This document shows, piece after piece, positions 51,201 through 64,000 of a stretch of 64,000 nucleotides of DNA (position 1 is its first letter; every line of letters starts with the position of its first letter). Origin of the DNA: Amphiscolops sp. MND2022 (Eukaryota); the NCBI GenBank assembly GCA_964187785.1, contig OZ076409.1, forward strand, positions 56,794,001-56,858,000. Direction: 5' to 3'. The notes under the pieces are model-generated. The model worked only from the letters and a program-made list of their open reading frames with translations. It had not been told where the DNA came from and did no database searches. The translations under genes were made by a program, and so were the position numbers.

Positions 51201-51494
51201 CTTGTGAACTGTCTTGTTGTAGTGGTCGATGTCGTCTAGGACGTATTGAAATTGCAATAGGTCCTGTTTGTAGAGTTTTGTGTCCCAATAGGGATCTCTT
51301 CCATAATCTTGGTCGATATATGTCGGATTGTAGTCGCCTACAAAAGGAATGGGTCTGAATCGGCTAGTGAAGGCAGTGGTGTAATCAGGATCCCAAACAG
51401 GAATTGGTTTTTGGAACAAATGGGTATTATTGTAAGTAAGATTGATAGCTTTTTCCATCTGCTGCTGCCAGACAACAGAAGGATAGCCCATCAA
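48240..51494 (-). pseudogene. pol: pol of element B (PR, RT; RNase H and integrase core deleted)
   Basis: LIDTGALSS...IIGLMFL (PR); KYASPIFAQK, LDCSQAYH, QYVDDIGI (RT); HGTAHKH...CEQC (integrase zinc finger); ends RYNLRPNPNP. Multiple frameshifts; deletion junctions near 49000 and 48705. Confidence 0.92.
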
Positions 51495-51589
51495 TTGTTG
51501 TTGGTAATCATGAAAGTTTTTATTTGGAGGGTCCGATTTGATGTGCTGTCGGACAGAGACTAGGTGGTTATATTGGAGTCGTGGCGAAG

Positions 51590-53190
51590 CTAGTGTTTTG
51601 AATTATCCTTGCTTAATGAAGATTGGGAGGATGCTGGTTTGTAATGGGGTTTTGAGGCTTTGGAGTCAGGATCGTTGTCCGACTGGTCCTCTGGTCTGGT
51701 GCGCTTGGGCTTGGGATGCGCGCCTGCCCCTTGCCAACATCTCTCTTCGGGATGGTTTGTCTTGCCACAAGTACCACATTTAGGGTAAACCTTTTTCTGG
51801 GTCGATTTGCCTTGTTGGGCAATTTTATTATTTTCCTTTTTCAATTTTTCACAATCCTTGACCATGTGGCCCTTTTCTTTGCAATAGTTGCACGTAATGT
51901 CACTCATTTGCACATTTGAAGGAACAGTTTTTGCTTTGGTGGTTGAAGATGTCATTGATGCCATTGGTAGGTCATCAGATTCTTCAAGGGCATTTAGCTC
52001 CAATTCTCTTTCTAGATTAGCGACAATTTCGTCATAAGAGCCATTTTCCAATCTGGCCATTTTCACTGATCTCTTCAGTTTTGGTGGCAGTTTTGCGTAT
52101 AGGAAACTGTCAATCATCTTTTGGGCATTGTCTCCAAATGCCTTTTCTGCGCCCTGATTCAACTCTTCAAGAAAATCTGGCAGTTTTGTTGTATTCGAAT
52201 CGAATACCAGACGGTGCCATTTATGTTTGGCTGTTGCTTGTGACTCGGGTTTGACGTATTTTCGTCTGAATATGAGAAATACGTCCTCTAGAGTTTGTCA
52301 GCTGTGCTAATGTTTCTGAAAGTTTGCAAGGCGTTTTTTCTCAACAACGAATGAAAATGATTGATTTTCATCTGTTCGGACATGTCAGGCTGCATCTTGA
52401 TCATCGTGTGAAATAGATCTTCAAACGGCTCGAATTTTTCACTTTTGCCGTCAAAGGTCATTGTGTTTGAATTGACTGGGCGGATAGTGAGTTGTTGGGC
52501 TGTTGGACGATTCTGCATGCTTGTCAAGACATCAGCTAGCCTATTGATAGGGTCTTGTTCTAGGGCCGGAATGGTCGTTTCTTGTGCTGGGATCGTCGTG
52601 TCTAGCAAAGGATTGAGGTCCTCATGGGATCTGTGTACATGACTTCTTGATGGCATTCGACCCGTGAAAAACTCAGGAACATCGATTGGAGATTCGTTTT
52701 TTCCTGTCACCATGTCGCAAGCACTAGCATTTGTGGTTCCGTCAAATGGACGATCACGGAATTGCTCACTTCTTGAGTTCCTCCTAATTTTCTTAGAGCA
52801 GTTTTCTTCGGGATTAATTTCCGGTCTCTCGGACGGAACGTTCCATCTATTTTGTGTCAAATGGCCCGATCCGGAATATAGGGCAGTTTGAATCTGAGGC
52901 AATATTTGACTATCAGTTGCATCACTAATTGCCCTTTGAATCTAGGTATTGACACTACTCATCATCCCATCTAATTCTCTAGATAACCTCGAGTTCAACT
53001 CGCTCAACAATCTGTTAATCTCAGCATTAGAATTAGTACCGACTGAATTCTGGCCGTAATCGGCATTTATCCCTGTACTGGCAACTCGTAGATTTGAGTA
53101 CATGTTTTCATCGTCATTTCCAAAGTTATTGCTAATGGCACTTTCGGGCCTTCTAACAAGATTCCTGTCTAAGTTTTCTCCTCTTTCTTT
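51590..53190 (-). pseudogene. gag: gag of element B (N-terminus deleted, frameshifted)
   Basis: MTFDGKSEKFEPFEDLF...KINHFHSLLR; knuckles CNYCKEKGHMVKDC and CGTCGKTNHPEERC. Confidence 0.9.
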
Positions 53191-56100
53191 GAATATGCAT
53201 TGAAGAAAGTCCGAGCAAAAATAGTGAATTATCTTGTTCGGAAATTAGGATTTTGTACGTTGTATCGTAAACAGGTATGTCAAACTAAACTTGGAGAAGC
53301 AAAATACAATTGTGTCACTCTCGGGAAAAATACTAATATATATATATATACCCCTGAGAGGGTGACACTGAAATTCCTTGCATAACAATCTGTTTACAGA
53401 TTCCATAAAGGGCATATGACTATGGCGGGTGACCACTAACATTCATTCGTTTTTAGCGGCGTCAACTACATCAAAACACCTCAGGAATTTGTCCCGTTAG
53501 AGTCAAAGGGTATTCATACCTAATTCATTCGCAGCAACATCATTAAAATTTTACATAAAATATGGAATGCACTCAAATGCATTTTCTAACTGCAAATACT
53601 ATCATCAAAGGGGAGCGGAGGAATTTAGCCTTATTATATTAGGCAAACAATACTTTGACCTAACATCAAAACTAATACTTTCAAATTGTTTACAGTGAGA
53701 GGAATGTAAACTATTTAGCGGCACGTGCCTACACACGTGCGTGGAATCAACAAAACAAAGACACAGTTTCATGCAATAGAAATGAACATAATATAGTAAT
53801 ATGGCCCGATACGGCTATTGGACTTGGAAGCTGGCCATTAGCGAAGGCCGGAATAGGACAGGTGACGGGTATTCGGATTGCTACTACTGGTCGTTATTAT
53901 TGCACTAATTGAACTTAAAAAGCTCATTAACATCTTCAAGTGTATAAATACATTCTTACATGACTGTACAACAAACTCATTCATGCTTAAAAGCATCTCT
54001 ACTGACAATAAGCAAAATGGCCTATACCGGCCATTTGCCTTTTGTCCTGCATTACCAATCTAATATAATGTCAAGTGGCCATATACGGCCAATCAATTAA
54101 AAATTTGTACAGCACCTTACACAATCTGACCTGAATAGGCTAATTGCCCCGTACTAAGTAATCATTATTAAATACTGGTCAAACGGCCTTAACCGTTTGA
54201 AAGAGCTAAGTTTGGGATAAAGTTAGATAATACTGCACTAGAGGGGTTATTTAGCCTAAGAGTACAAGCACATGAATCCTGGTTAAGTGTGAAAACAATT
54301 AGCATCACAATTGCGCTTATGTGAAATGGTCGGAACCGGCCGTTTGACTGAATTTTTAATAAAAGCAGCGAAGTTATGTCCACAGGCCTTATTCGGCCAT
54401 TAATGAATGGAAGTATTAACTGCGTAGCAAATGGAGTAATTTGATTGGACAAGGCCGCGTGCTCAAATGACGTTTCTGGTACAGAAGTTTATCGATAGCA
54501 ACTATAATTAAAACAATTAGCAATTCTTCTCCTAACACTTTTAATCATTGCATCTGACGTATTAAGACAGCTTCAAGTACTTTCTAAGAAAATACACAGC
54601 ACTACTGATTAAATAGCACATATTACTTGATGAAAGCTAAATAGGCCGGAACCGGCCATTGGACCAGCGTGTGCGAGCATAGTAGTTAGATTAAGGCAAG
54701 CGGCCATAACCGGCCAAATAATGTATTACTGAGAAATAATACTAGCTATACTGCACTGTGATTGGTTAATTTTCAGTTTTAACAATAAAATGTAGGAAGC
54801 GTTCCTGGTGCGATGTTTTGTCCGTCTGCTGATGTCGTGATGATTGTTCCATTGAAGGCGGCAGCCTGCGACACTGCGGGTGGAATAAAAAAAACAACCC
54901 TGCATTCAGTCCATTCAAATAAGCTTCCTTCCTCATTGCTGTGACGTAGGCCGGCTCACCTCTTGGTGTTGATCTCCTTATATAGTCATCTGCCTTCTCC
55001 CTCTTGATTGCGTCAGCTGATCTCCCACAAACGATGCAGCTTCTGTACATCTTCTTGCTGACGTTCTCGTATGGCACCGTGTCTTGCACATGGTATGAAA
55101 CACGGAACCCAGAATTAGCCGGTTGTGGCAACGGGGCCAACATCGTTTCCAACACAGGCCCTCTCTCATGGGCGGGTGGCGACATGGGCGAGTCATCCAC
55201 AGGTATGACCGTCTTACAGAGTTCGATCCTCATCTTGGCATATTCTTTGGCAGGGGCATAACAAAGAGTTTTATCAAAATACTGCTTACCCAGTTTAGGG
55301 GTCGATTCCATATCTGTCCTACTAGATCTGGGCCCTGGGATCATAATCAAGTCCTCATGACTGTTAGAAGTCACTATTCTCCCAGCTATCAGCTTTGGGC
55401 TGGATACCACCTCTATCTCGATCCTCTTGATCATGTCCTAGGTGTTAGTTGACCAGTCCGTTTCCCATTCTTCTGACATCCCTTCGCTCTCATCAGTGGA
55501 GATGTAGATCACAAAATCACTCGTAGTCTCAGAGTCGAAGTCATCCTCTTCGAAGAGTCTCCTTGCTATATTCTTTTCCACAATGAGTTTTTCGCAAATT
55601 TGAGCTAGAAGGGGCAACTATTCAGTGTTGAATTTCTGAGAGAAAGGATTTTGTGATGCTTTTATTTCAAGCCTAGTCAGGCCGATTTCCGGGATTTTCA
55701 CCTCAGCGATCAAAAGTTCGGTTAATCTTCCAAAGTCCGCGTAAACTTTTCTGAATGGAATTCCATCAATGGTCTGCGGCCTTTGATATTCTGGTGTTTA
55801 CCCCTCATCACTTCCGTCATCAGAAGAGGTGTGAACAACGCTCAAGTTGTTCATATCAAATACACTCGTCTCAAGTGGGTAACTAACGAGTCGCTTGGAG
55901 GCACTTAACGGCACGCGCCGAAGGTTTCTCTCAAAATGGCTTTAGCCAATCGAAATTGACTTTCGGTATTATGGAAATTGGATAGTAAAATGGCAAAAAT
56001 AATAACTAAAATAATCCAGAATGCGGAAATTCTAACTAAATGGTAATAAGGGCAACGGAACAAAACGGCAAAACGGAACAAGGTAAATGGCCATAATCGG

Positions 56101-57296
56101 CTTCTAACTAACTAGTTTGTAAATAATGAGCCATCTTCTGTACATTTCGCTGGCACACTCCATGCCCAGTTTTAAATTCGTATATAGCCATAAAATATTA
56201 GTCTGGTAGTTTCTTCAGCCACGAACTCCAACTTTCATGTTTTTTTGACAGTTACATGATTCAATTCCTTTTACCATTTGTATTCATTGCATTCGACTTC
56301 TTCTGTAACCTTCTTTACATTGGTTGTCTGTCTTCAACTGTTGTTGCTGATTCCTTCCTTCTCGGAGCATTCCGAATCTTCTTTCCTTTCTTCAGCAAAA
56401 CTCTGCCAATTTCCCCAATTTTGTCAATCGGATAAGGACTGAATCCCAGGAGGCAATCTCATCACAGCAGAATGTCTTCGAACACAGGTTGGTCTGGATT
56501 TTTATTTTGAACTAATTTAACTTCAAGTACTTTCTAAGAAAATACACAGCACTACTGATTACATAGCACATATTACTTGATGAAAGCTAAATAGGCCGGA
56601 ACCGGCCATTGGACCAGCATGTGCGAGCATAGTAGTTAGATTAAGGCAAGCGGCCATAACCGGCCAAATAGTGTATTAATGAGAAATAATACTAGCTATA
56701 CTGCACTGTGATTGGTTAATTTTCAGTTTTAACAATAAAATGTAGGAAGCGTTCCTGGTGCGATGTTTTGTCCGTCTGCTGATGTCCTGATGATTGTTCC
56801 ATTGCAGGCGGCAGCCTGCGACAAAACTATAAAAGTAAACGCATTTCGAGCAATTATACAACCAGAAAAGCTGTATTATGCGTAAAGATGAAATCTTCAC
56901 GCATAATTTAAGGAAAAATAATTCATATTCTGCACTTCGCAACTATGTTTATAAGAAGCATTTTTCTGTGGGATAATTGCAGCCAGTGGGTAACTCTGTA
57001 GTTTTTTCGACGAGTTTGCACGTCAGTAATACGCGACGAGTTAATTTTACCCAGTATTCCAGCCTTCAATTTTCAATTATTCCAGCCGTACAAAATGATA
57101 TGGTTCCGGCAAAGCCTCATAGTGCCGAAAAAGGAACTTTCAGCTCGACGAACTACTTTTTCTCAAGACGAAATCAGCTATCAAGCGCGAGGGTGCCATT
57201 TGACCAAATGAAAGTTTTGGAAAAAATCAGAGGGCCAAAAAAGTTTAAGCAAGGTATGATAAAGTATTGACAATAAAACAGCTGTTCGGCTAAGTT

Positions 57297-57810
57297 AACA
57301 AGCCGGGAACGGCCCAAGTCGGCGCCATATCTAAGGCTCAAAAAGACTCGAAAACGAAAACCACTTTTTCTACAACTGGAGACAACAAAAGCTCTCAAAA
57401 AACTAAAAATTGAGAAAAAAAATCCGATTTTTTTCGAATTTTTTTTGAAGTTTCCGGTAAGTCGCATAGTGCCGAAAAATGTAAAAGGGGGGACGCTTTG
57501 GCATTTTTTGAACATCCATTCTGTTGCCAAATATCAAAAATTGATGGGAAGAACAATAAAAAAAATTTCGGGAAAAAATCAGTCTCATAGTGTCGAAAAA
57601 AGTGGACTCTTCTGCTTTGGAATGGCTTTTTATCTCATGTTAGAGGCTTTGGATGCGTTGAAAATGAAGTACTAAGTACATATGGTACATATGGTAAAAG
57701 TTGGTAAATGTGCATTAATGCACAAAAAGTGGACGTTTCGCGTTGAACTGACGAAAAAAAACTAGCCACTGTAAGAGTCGGGATTTTCTTCGAAAACGCC
57801 GACTAAAAAA
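57297..57810 (-). mobile_element. Helentron/DINE-1-like non-autonomous repeat
   Basis: AACAAGCCGGGAACGGCCCAAGTCGGCGCC...CGCCGACTAAAAA, the reverse of the family termini. Confidence 0.65.
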
Positions 57811-58229
57811 CAATAACGCCTAACAACACCGGAAAAAATAAAAGGGGACCCTTTGGCTTCAAATGACTTTGTATCAACTCTAAATATCCTAAAAATCAAA
57901 ATGGCGGACCATTGAAAAATGTGTATCATTGAAAAATTCTCCAAGAAACGTTATATCCGGTATAAGTTATATCCGGAATTCGTACTATATATAAAATGTA
58001 AAAAAGCAATTGAATCTTCCAGTTCTTTCAATAAGTTCGACTTTTGCTTTCCACCAACTCCAATTTTCAATCTCCCTGTTTACCATGTTTTTGGGCTCAA
58101 GTTCGCGTCTCAAATTGCTGTAGAATGGGCTTTTTGTTAGCAAATGGACGGTGGTCTCCTCATCTAAAAGACAAGTACAAAAAGGTCCAAAGCTATTTCC
58201 GAGTTTGTAGAGAAAAGTTCCGAGACGAC

Positions 58230-58920
58230 AGTGCTGTAATGACTACGGCCTGTGGTGTCTCTCAAATCACACGCAGACTGTGAGTCCTTTTTTGCAAATT
58301 TTGATTTGAACCCGGATGAACATTCCCTATTTTCCTGACTGTTTGGTGACACACTGGCCTCAGTGTCCTTAATCCCTGAAGAGGACATAGAACTCACAAT
58401 GTTTTTAATCTCAGGAATGACACTCTCAGTAATGGCATTGTTGATGGCTCTATTTATTTGATTATGCATCATAGACATCATCGAATCCATCTCTTGAGAT
58501 AATCTGAGGTTAAACTCGTTTGAAAAGGTCTCAAAGGATTGTCTAACATCGTTTTGCCTGGGGAGGTTGTTTTCAGAAGTAAAACTACCATATTGGTTTC
58601 CCAAGTGTGTGTTTGACTCAATGTCCCCTTGTACTGACGACTGTTCAATAGCATCAGCTAATTCTCTTTCTATGGGATTATTGTTCTCATTCCCTAACAT
58701 CACGTCCATATTTTCTATGTCGGACAACATGTCCATCTCTCTAGATTTTCTAGCTTTCGCTTTCTGACGTCTAGTAGAAGGCATAAGAAGTTTTTGCAAG
58801 AGGTAAGAATTTGCATTCAGTTCTTAGGCTTGCAAACAGTATTTTATTCGAGTATTTTACAACGAACTGATTGTGACTGGTCTAAGGCAAATTAACTCCC
58901 CGGGACCACGAGTCCCGGTT
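58230..58920 (-). pseudogene. gag: isolated 5' leader plus gag N-terminus of a relative of element B
   Basis: MPSTRRQKAKARKSREMDML...EFNLRLSQEMDSMMSMMHNQINRAINNAI is homologous to ELNSRLSRELDGMMSSVNTQIQRAISDAI at 43754-44032; truncated. Confidence 0.8.
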
Positions 58921-59076
58921 TGTTTATAATTAACCTTGCATGACATTCAAAATATCAGGAGTCATCAATCTAATTTTAGCAACGAAATTCTCAAAATAGC
59001 CGTGAAGGACAACGTGTCTTTACAAGCGTAATGATGTAATTCTAAAAATAGCAACCGGTATGACGTAACTAACACA

Positions 59077-59276
59077 NNNNNNNNNNNNNNNNNNNNNNNN
59101 NNNNNNNNNNNNNNNNNNNNNNNNNNNNNNNNNNNNNNNNNNNNNNNNNNNNNNNNNNNNNNNNNNNNNNNNNNNNNNNNNNNNNNNNNNNNNNNNNNNN
59201 NNNNNNNNNNNNNNNNNNNNNNNNNNNNNNNNNNNNNNNNNNNNNNNNNNNNNNNNNNNNNNNNNNNNNNNNNNNN
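59077..59276. other. assembly gap (200 N)
   Basis: N run. Confidence 0.99.
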
Positions 59277-59975
59277 GAATACTATAGTCATTCAGATCTG
59301 TTTGCGTTGAATAAAACAATGTTATTTCATGAGTAGAGAAAGTTTTGTTAAACTCTTTGTCCTTAGGTGTTACGCTCTGTAACCCATTTGATCGACTAAA
59401 ATCATGGAAATTGAGTGAATAGTGATTAGGGAAGTCTATAAAAAACTTGTCTTGTACAAGGGAAGTCTTGTATTTTTTCATGACAGGACGGCATCTCCCG
59501 TTTTAGTGTTTTGCCGACTTTCGACTTTAGAGTTTGACTAAGGGACTTGGTGACTTGTTAATTTAGTGTCGTTCATCACATGAAAACATACAGCATAATA
59601 ATAAGAAATTTGTTGCTAAGAAATTCAAGAGATTAAATAAAAAAGAAAAATTTGAAAACATCAAAATTACAAACATCTTCTTTCATCTCTTTTTTGAAAG
59701 CTTCTGCATTCCTGATTCATTTTTCCGGCGTTTCACTCCTTCTTTTAATCAAAAATACATGAAAAGAAAACGATTGTCCAGACACCTTTTGAATTCTCTC
59801 CCAAAGGACGCTGAATCAATTTTGTATTTACACGCGAAAAAAAGTAATTTGTTGATTTTATTGGACTGTGGTGTTTTTAACCAATTGATCCCAAATCCAA
59901 TTAATTCAATCACCCTTGAACGAAGAAGATTGATTTTCAACATTCAAAGTCATTATGTTAAAAAACAAAAGGCTA

Positions 59976-60986
59976 CCCGGGTTGGAAATCAACCGCAGTC
60001 CACCGGTGGTCACCGATGTTCCACCGAAGCCCCACCGGTGGAACACCGGTGGAGGTACTCACAGTCCCGGTGGTCACCGATTGTTCTACCGATGGTACAA
60101 GGATGATACAGGTCCAGCAAAAATCGGCAGAAGTTCAACAGAATTATAGAGCAAAAATTAAAAAAGGCGCAAATTTCACGGAAACTATGGGATTCCAATC
60201 TACTCTTGAATACTATTGAGATCTATATTTGGATACATCAAAATCAATAAATTATGAAAATAAATTGACTATAAAATCTAGTTTTTGGGTGGAGAAATTA
60301 ACGAAATATCACCTAAAAAGGCAACAAAAAAGCCTAAAAAGAGCGCAAACTTTGCAAAAACCATGGGATTCAAATCTACTCTAGAATACAATTGAGATCT
60401 ATATTTAGATACATCAAAATCAATAAATTATGAAAATAATTTGACTATAAAATCTAGTTTTTGGGTGGAGAAATTAACGAAATATCACCTAAAAAGGCAA
60501 CAAAAAAGCCTAAAAAGAGCGCAAACTTTGCGAAAACTATGGGATTCAAATCTACTCTTGAATACAATTGAGATCTATATTTGGATACATCAAAATCAAT
60601 AAATTATGAAAAAAAATTGACTACAAAATCTAGTTTTTAAGTGAAAAAAGTAACAAAAATACCCCCAAGATTGTGAAAATCCTACCTATCTTGCGGCTGC
60701 AGGATACGCGGTGCCGAAAAGCGTCCTTAATGCTACCCGGGCCATCAAGGTAACCCTCAGAAATCAATAAGTAACAATATAACAGTGAAAACATGCATAA
60801 AACCCAAAAAAGAATGACCGTCAAAATGTGACACACTGAAATTTGAGTTATTCGAATTTTTCAAAAAAAGTTTCACCGGTGGCCACCGGTGGAATTACGG
60901 TTCGAAACTTATGAACGTCTTCCACCAGTGGCCACCGGTGATCCACCGGTGGTCACCGATGGGTTGCGGTGGGTTTCCAGTACGGG
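59976..60986. mobile_element. TA-flanked MITE with CCACCGGTGG subterminal palindromes and an internal 176-bp tandem repeat
   Basis: TA|CCCG...GGAAATCAACCGCA and TGCGGTGGGTTTCC...CGGG|TA; units start at 60167, 60343 and 60519. Confidence 0.8.
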
Positions 60987-62144
60987 TACTTTATATTGTT
61001 AGTGTAAATATTAAGTGACTTCTTCTTTTGGAATAATCAGAAGGTTGACATTCAAACAAATTTAAAACGAGGCTTTTTTCAAGGGTGCTTGAAAAACTTG
61101 AAACAGTTTGAGAGGTATAATTTGACAGAAGCTAGAATGTTTCAATGGTGAAGGAAGAGCAACAGCCAAATTGATGAGAAATGAGTCATATCATATCATA
61201 TGACATCATTCCAGCAACAAGTGGGACATGCGCCCTGGGATATAATCATTTTGCAACTCGGAATAAACATGATTGTTAAAAAAGTGACACTTTGCCTGTG
61301 TGGAATTTTTGAATTTTTGGCGTTTTAGAAAAATCCTATCATTTTTGCGCGAAGTACATACGATAGACAGAACCATGTTAATTATGTTTTCAGACCGCCG
61401 GAATAGTGAAAACAGCTGAAACGGCTGGCAATAGCATGCTTCGATATGGCTTATTTGGCAAACTATGTATTTACTTAGTAAAGGAAACTTTTTAGGCAAA
61501 AATTAATGAGTTAGTGATTGGCATCAGCGATGAAATGACTCGAATCGGCTAAGTCAGAGTCAATCTCTGAGAGCGAATTTTACTAAGTCCCACTTAAGAG
61601 CGAAAATATTCTTAGATACCACCCAGGAAAACCAAGTGTGACAAAAGCGAAAACCCCCCCAGTCAGGTTTTTCTCAAAGATTATGAATCGTAGAGACCTG
61701 AAATGTGGCACACGTATACCTGAGCTGTCATGCTACGGATCTTTGAAAACAGAACCGAGCTGAGGCCCCCCAGCCCCGAGCAACTAGCACCGGAAGTGAC
61801 CTAGGTCGACCCCCCTTTGAACTCGTCGGCGAAGCACGAAATAAGTAATATAAAATATGGAGTTGATAGCCCATAGGATATTAAGCCGTTTGCGCATATT
61901 TTCGAAACCCTACGACGCGCGTAAGAGGAGCACGGACCTTATGTAAATAAACCCGGACTGTTATGTAAATAGCCAACGGATGACCCGAAGATCATGAAAC
62001 TTGCCCAAGATGTTCACCTAGCGACCCTAAGTAATATACATGAAAGATACATTGATCGATCCACCACGCGCGGAGTAATGTTTGTTCAAGGCACGCGGGG
62101 CCGGACGCGCGGGCCCGACCGATAAAAGACATTTGACTTTGGCT

Positions 62145-63187
62145 TGTAATACCTCAAACGAACCGGAATAACGAATATAGTCGATTGGTAATAAGAACGG
62201 AACAGTATTTGTAACCCATGCGGGGTAACCGCCTTAAGTAAACAAACTATACGCATATCATGTAACGCGAAGACCATTGACCCTAGGATGAGATAACGTG
62301 GCATATAGCAACCTTGGACGAGGACAAATAACTTCAAGGTCACAGACGAACCTCAAGGTCATTTGAGATGCAGTCCCTGAACATTGAGAAACGTACGGTA
62401 GAACAGGTAAATCAGCGTCGTTGAGCGATAATTTATGCATTTCAGTCAGGCGAGAGAATTCGCGATGCATTGCGCCCAAAAGGACGGAAAAGTACCCCTT
62501 ACGCGTAGAGAGCATGTAAACCATGTAACTGAAGGTCATTGAAAGATTGCCTCGATATTAGAAATATCTCGGGTGACTTGAATTATTATTGAAATGTGAA
62601 CTTGGTACAACCATTGTTGAATTATTTGTCGTTGGCGGCGAAGAATGTTTGACCGAAAAATTACTAGGGCGTTTGCTATGCCATAAACGGAATATGTAAA
62701 TATGAAGGTAAAAACAATGGTAAATTGAAACACCGACGCCATACAAGAGAAATGTCAAAAACGAGGTGGAACCAAATGATAATTGAATAGACACAACCGA
62801 GTTAGAGAGCTACAAGCAAGTTGAGCCTCGAGACGGGGGCAAGAAACTTGGCTTCGCTAAAAGAACTGGTTTGTCGTTAGCTCTAGAGATAGAAATTCTA
62901 CAAGTCCGGGACTTGCGTTTTGCGCTTTGAATTAGTTGGCTGAATCGCGAATAGTTGTTAACTATTGTTGTTAAAGAACCAGATTTGACTTTCTTTATAA
63001 AAATTAATTCGATTATTACTTCAACTTTTTTAGTCAATTCAAGAGAGCAGAATAACTTGAGTACTGGAGAGACTTTGGATAAGCGAGAACACGATAGAAA
63101 AACCGAACTTACTCACCAAAAATACTTTTTCTGATAGAGTTAGATTCTTGGGAATTCTCTCCGCCCTCGAATTCTAAATTTTCTACA
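62145..63187 (+). repeat. probable 5' LTR of Gypsy element C (left boundary uncertain)
   Basis: Ends CTACA one base before the PBS; TGTAAT at 62145 is only one of several possible starts. Confidence 0.45.
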
Positions 63188-63188
63188 G

Positions 63189-63206
63189 TGGCGCTCCTGG
63201 GTGGGC
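63189..63206 (+). promoter_or_regulatory. primer-binding site, probably tRNA-Asn
   Basis: TGGCGCTCCTGGGTGGGC; its complement GCCCACCCAGGAGCGCCA resembles a tRNA-Asn 3' end (recalled). Confidence 0.7.
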
Positions 63207-63273
63207 ATTTCGTTAATTTGCTATCGTGTTACAACTTGTTACTTTGATTTTGCTTTTACTGGCTGTTTGGGAG

Positions 63274-64000
63274 ATGAATCCAAACGAGAAACGAGATTTG
63301 CTGGAAGTGGCCATGCAGGCCGTTGGAAGGGTGCTGAACGATCAGCAGAACCGTATGTTCAGCAATGGAGCACTCAGACCAGATCAATTCCCCTCTGATG
63401 CCTTTCCAAACTGGGTCCAATGGAAATTACACTTCGTTGCAGTGGCAGAGACTAACCGGTGGACCCAAATACAAGCTATTAATGCACTTCCAGTTTGTAT
63501 CAGTGGGAATGCGCTAGATGAGTTTCATGCTGCACCGGCCGAGCTGAAACAGCATGTCAACGGAGAACCAGTCCCCACATTGCAGGCACTCTTTGAACAT
63601 TTGGACAGAGCCTTGGGTGTGCTGCGAAACGACCGACGGGGGAGAAGTGAGTTTGAAGCACTGGCGCAGAAAAGGGATGAGAGCCTCAGGGACTTTGCGC
63701 GCAGAGTGCGGAATACCGGCATGTTGGTGTACGCCAACGTGGATGCTGAACAACGAGATGAACAGTTTCGTGAGCGTTTCGTTGAAGGTTTGTTCAATCC
63801 GGAGCTGCTCGAAGTATTACTAAGAGAAGACAACAGGACCTTCAGGGAGACAGTTGATAGAGCAGTTGCCTTAGAAAATATTGCCGAATCTTTACGCAGC
63901 CGACCCAACAAGCGCGTAGATGCAATCAAGATGACTCAAGAGGCGGGTACAATGAACAGCATCTCGGAGATGAACAAGATGAAACAGCAACTGAAAAGAT
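63274..64000 (+). CDS. gag: gag of LTR retrotransposon C, open to the window edge
   Basis: MNPNEKRDLLEV...WVQWKLHFVAVAETNRW...LAQKRDESLRDFARRV...RERFVEGL: retrotransposon capsid motifs, 242 codons without a stop. Confidence 0.88.
   Translation, partial: MNPNEKRDLLEVAMQAVGRVLNDQQNRMFSNGALRPDQFPSDAFPNWVQWKLHFVAVAETNRWTQIQAINALPVCISGNALDEFHAAPAELKQHVNGEPVPTLQALFEHLDRALGVLRNDRRGRSEFEALAQKRDESLRDFARRVRNTGMLVYANVDAEQRDEQFRERFVEGLFNPELLEVLLREDNRTFRETVDRAVALENIAESLRSRPNKRVDAIKMTQEAGTMNSISEMNKMKQQLKR

Larger units (their letters stand above)
43642..56823 (-). mobile_element. Ty3/Gypsy element B: internally deleted, partially tandem-duplicated array
   Basis: Order on - strand: 3' region, truncated LTR, gag, PR, RT, integrase fragments, 3' region, truncated LTR, gag start. 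43642-47447 is near-identical to 52713-56523. Confidence 0.9.

Noticed and set aside
60167..60660. CRISPR-like array (also 29690-30830)
   Set aside because: Whole units repeat without unique spacers; eukaryotic context and no cas genes.

Overview
Repeat-rich animal (invertebrate-like, AT-rich) genomic scaffold with two fixed 200-N gaps. The one host gene I can identify is a + strand, multi-exon homologue of the proton-activated chloride channel PACC1/TMEM206. Five phase-compatible exons run from 19000 to 37919, the TM2 motif and the selectivity-filter lysine are conserved, the C-tail is unusually long, and the 5' exons are not resolved. The rest is mostly transposons. (i) A Ty3/Gypsy element at 1-8265 (-) has an open pol frame, a tandem pseudo-protease plus protease, a tRNA-Arg-type PBS set 15 nt from the LTR, and two solo-LTR relatives with apparent 3-bp target duplications. 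(ii) A deleted, head-to-tail duplicated Gypsy element at 43642-56823 (-) has a long 3' region carrying an orphan CxxC ORF, an antisense ORF and an array of GGCC-N6-GGCC mini-hairpins. (iii) A third Gypsy element (LTR, PBS, intact gag) begins at the right edge. There are also a Tc1 remnant, a foldback/MULE-type MITE, Helentron-like non-autonomous repeats, LINE/SINE fragments, ~176-184-bp tandem repeats and two perfect spacerless palindromes. All homology calls come from motif recognition by eye; no searches were run.
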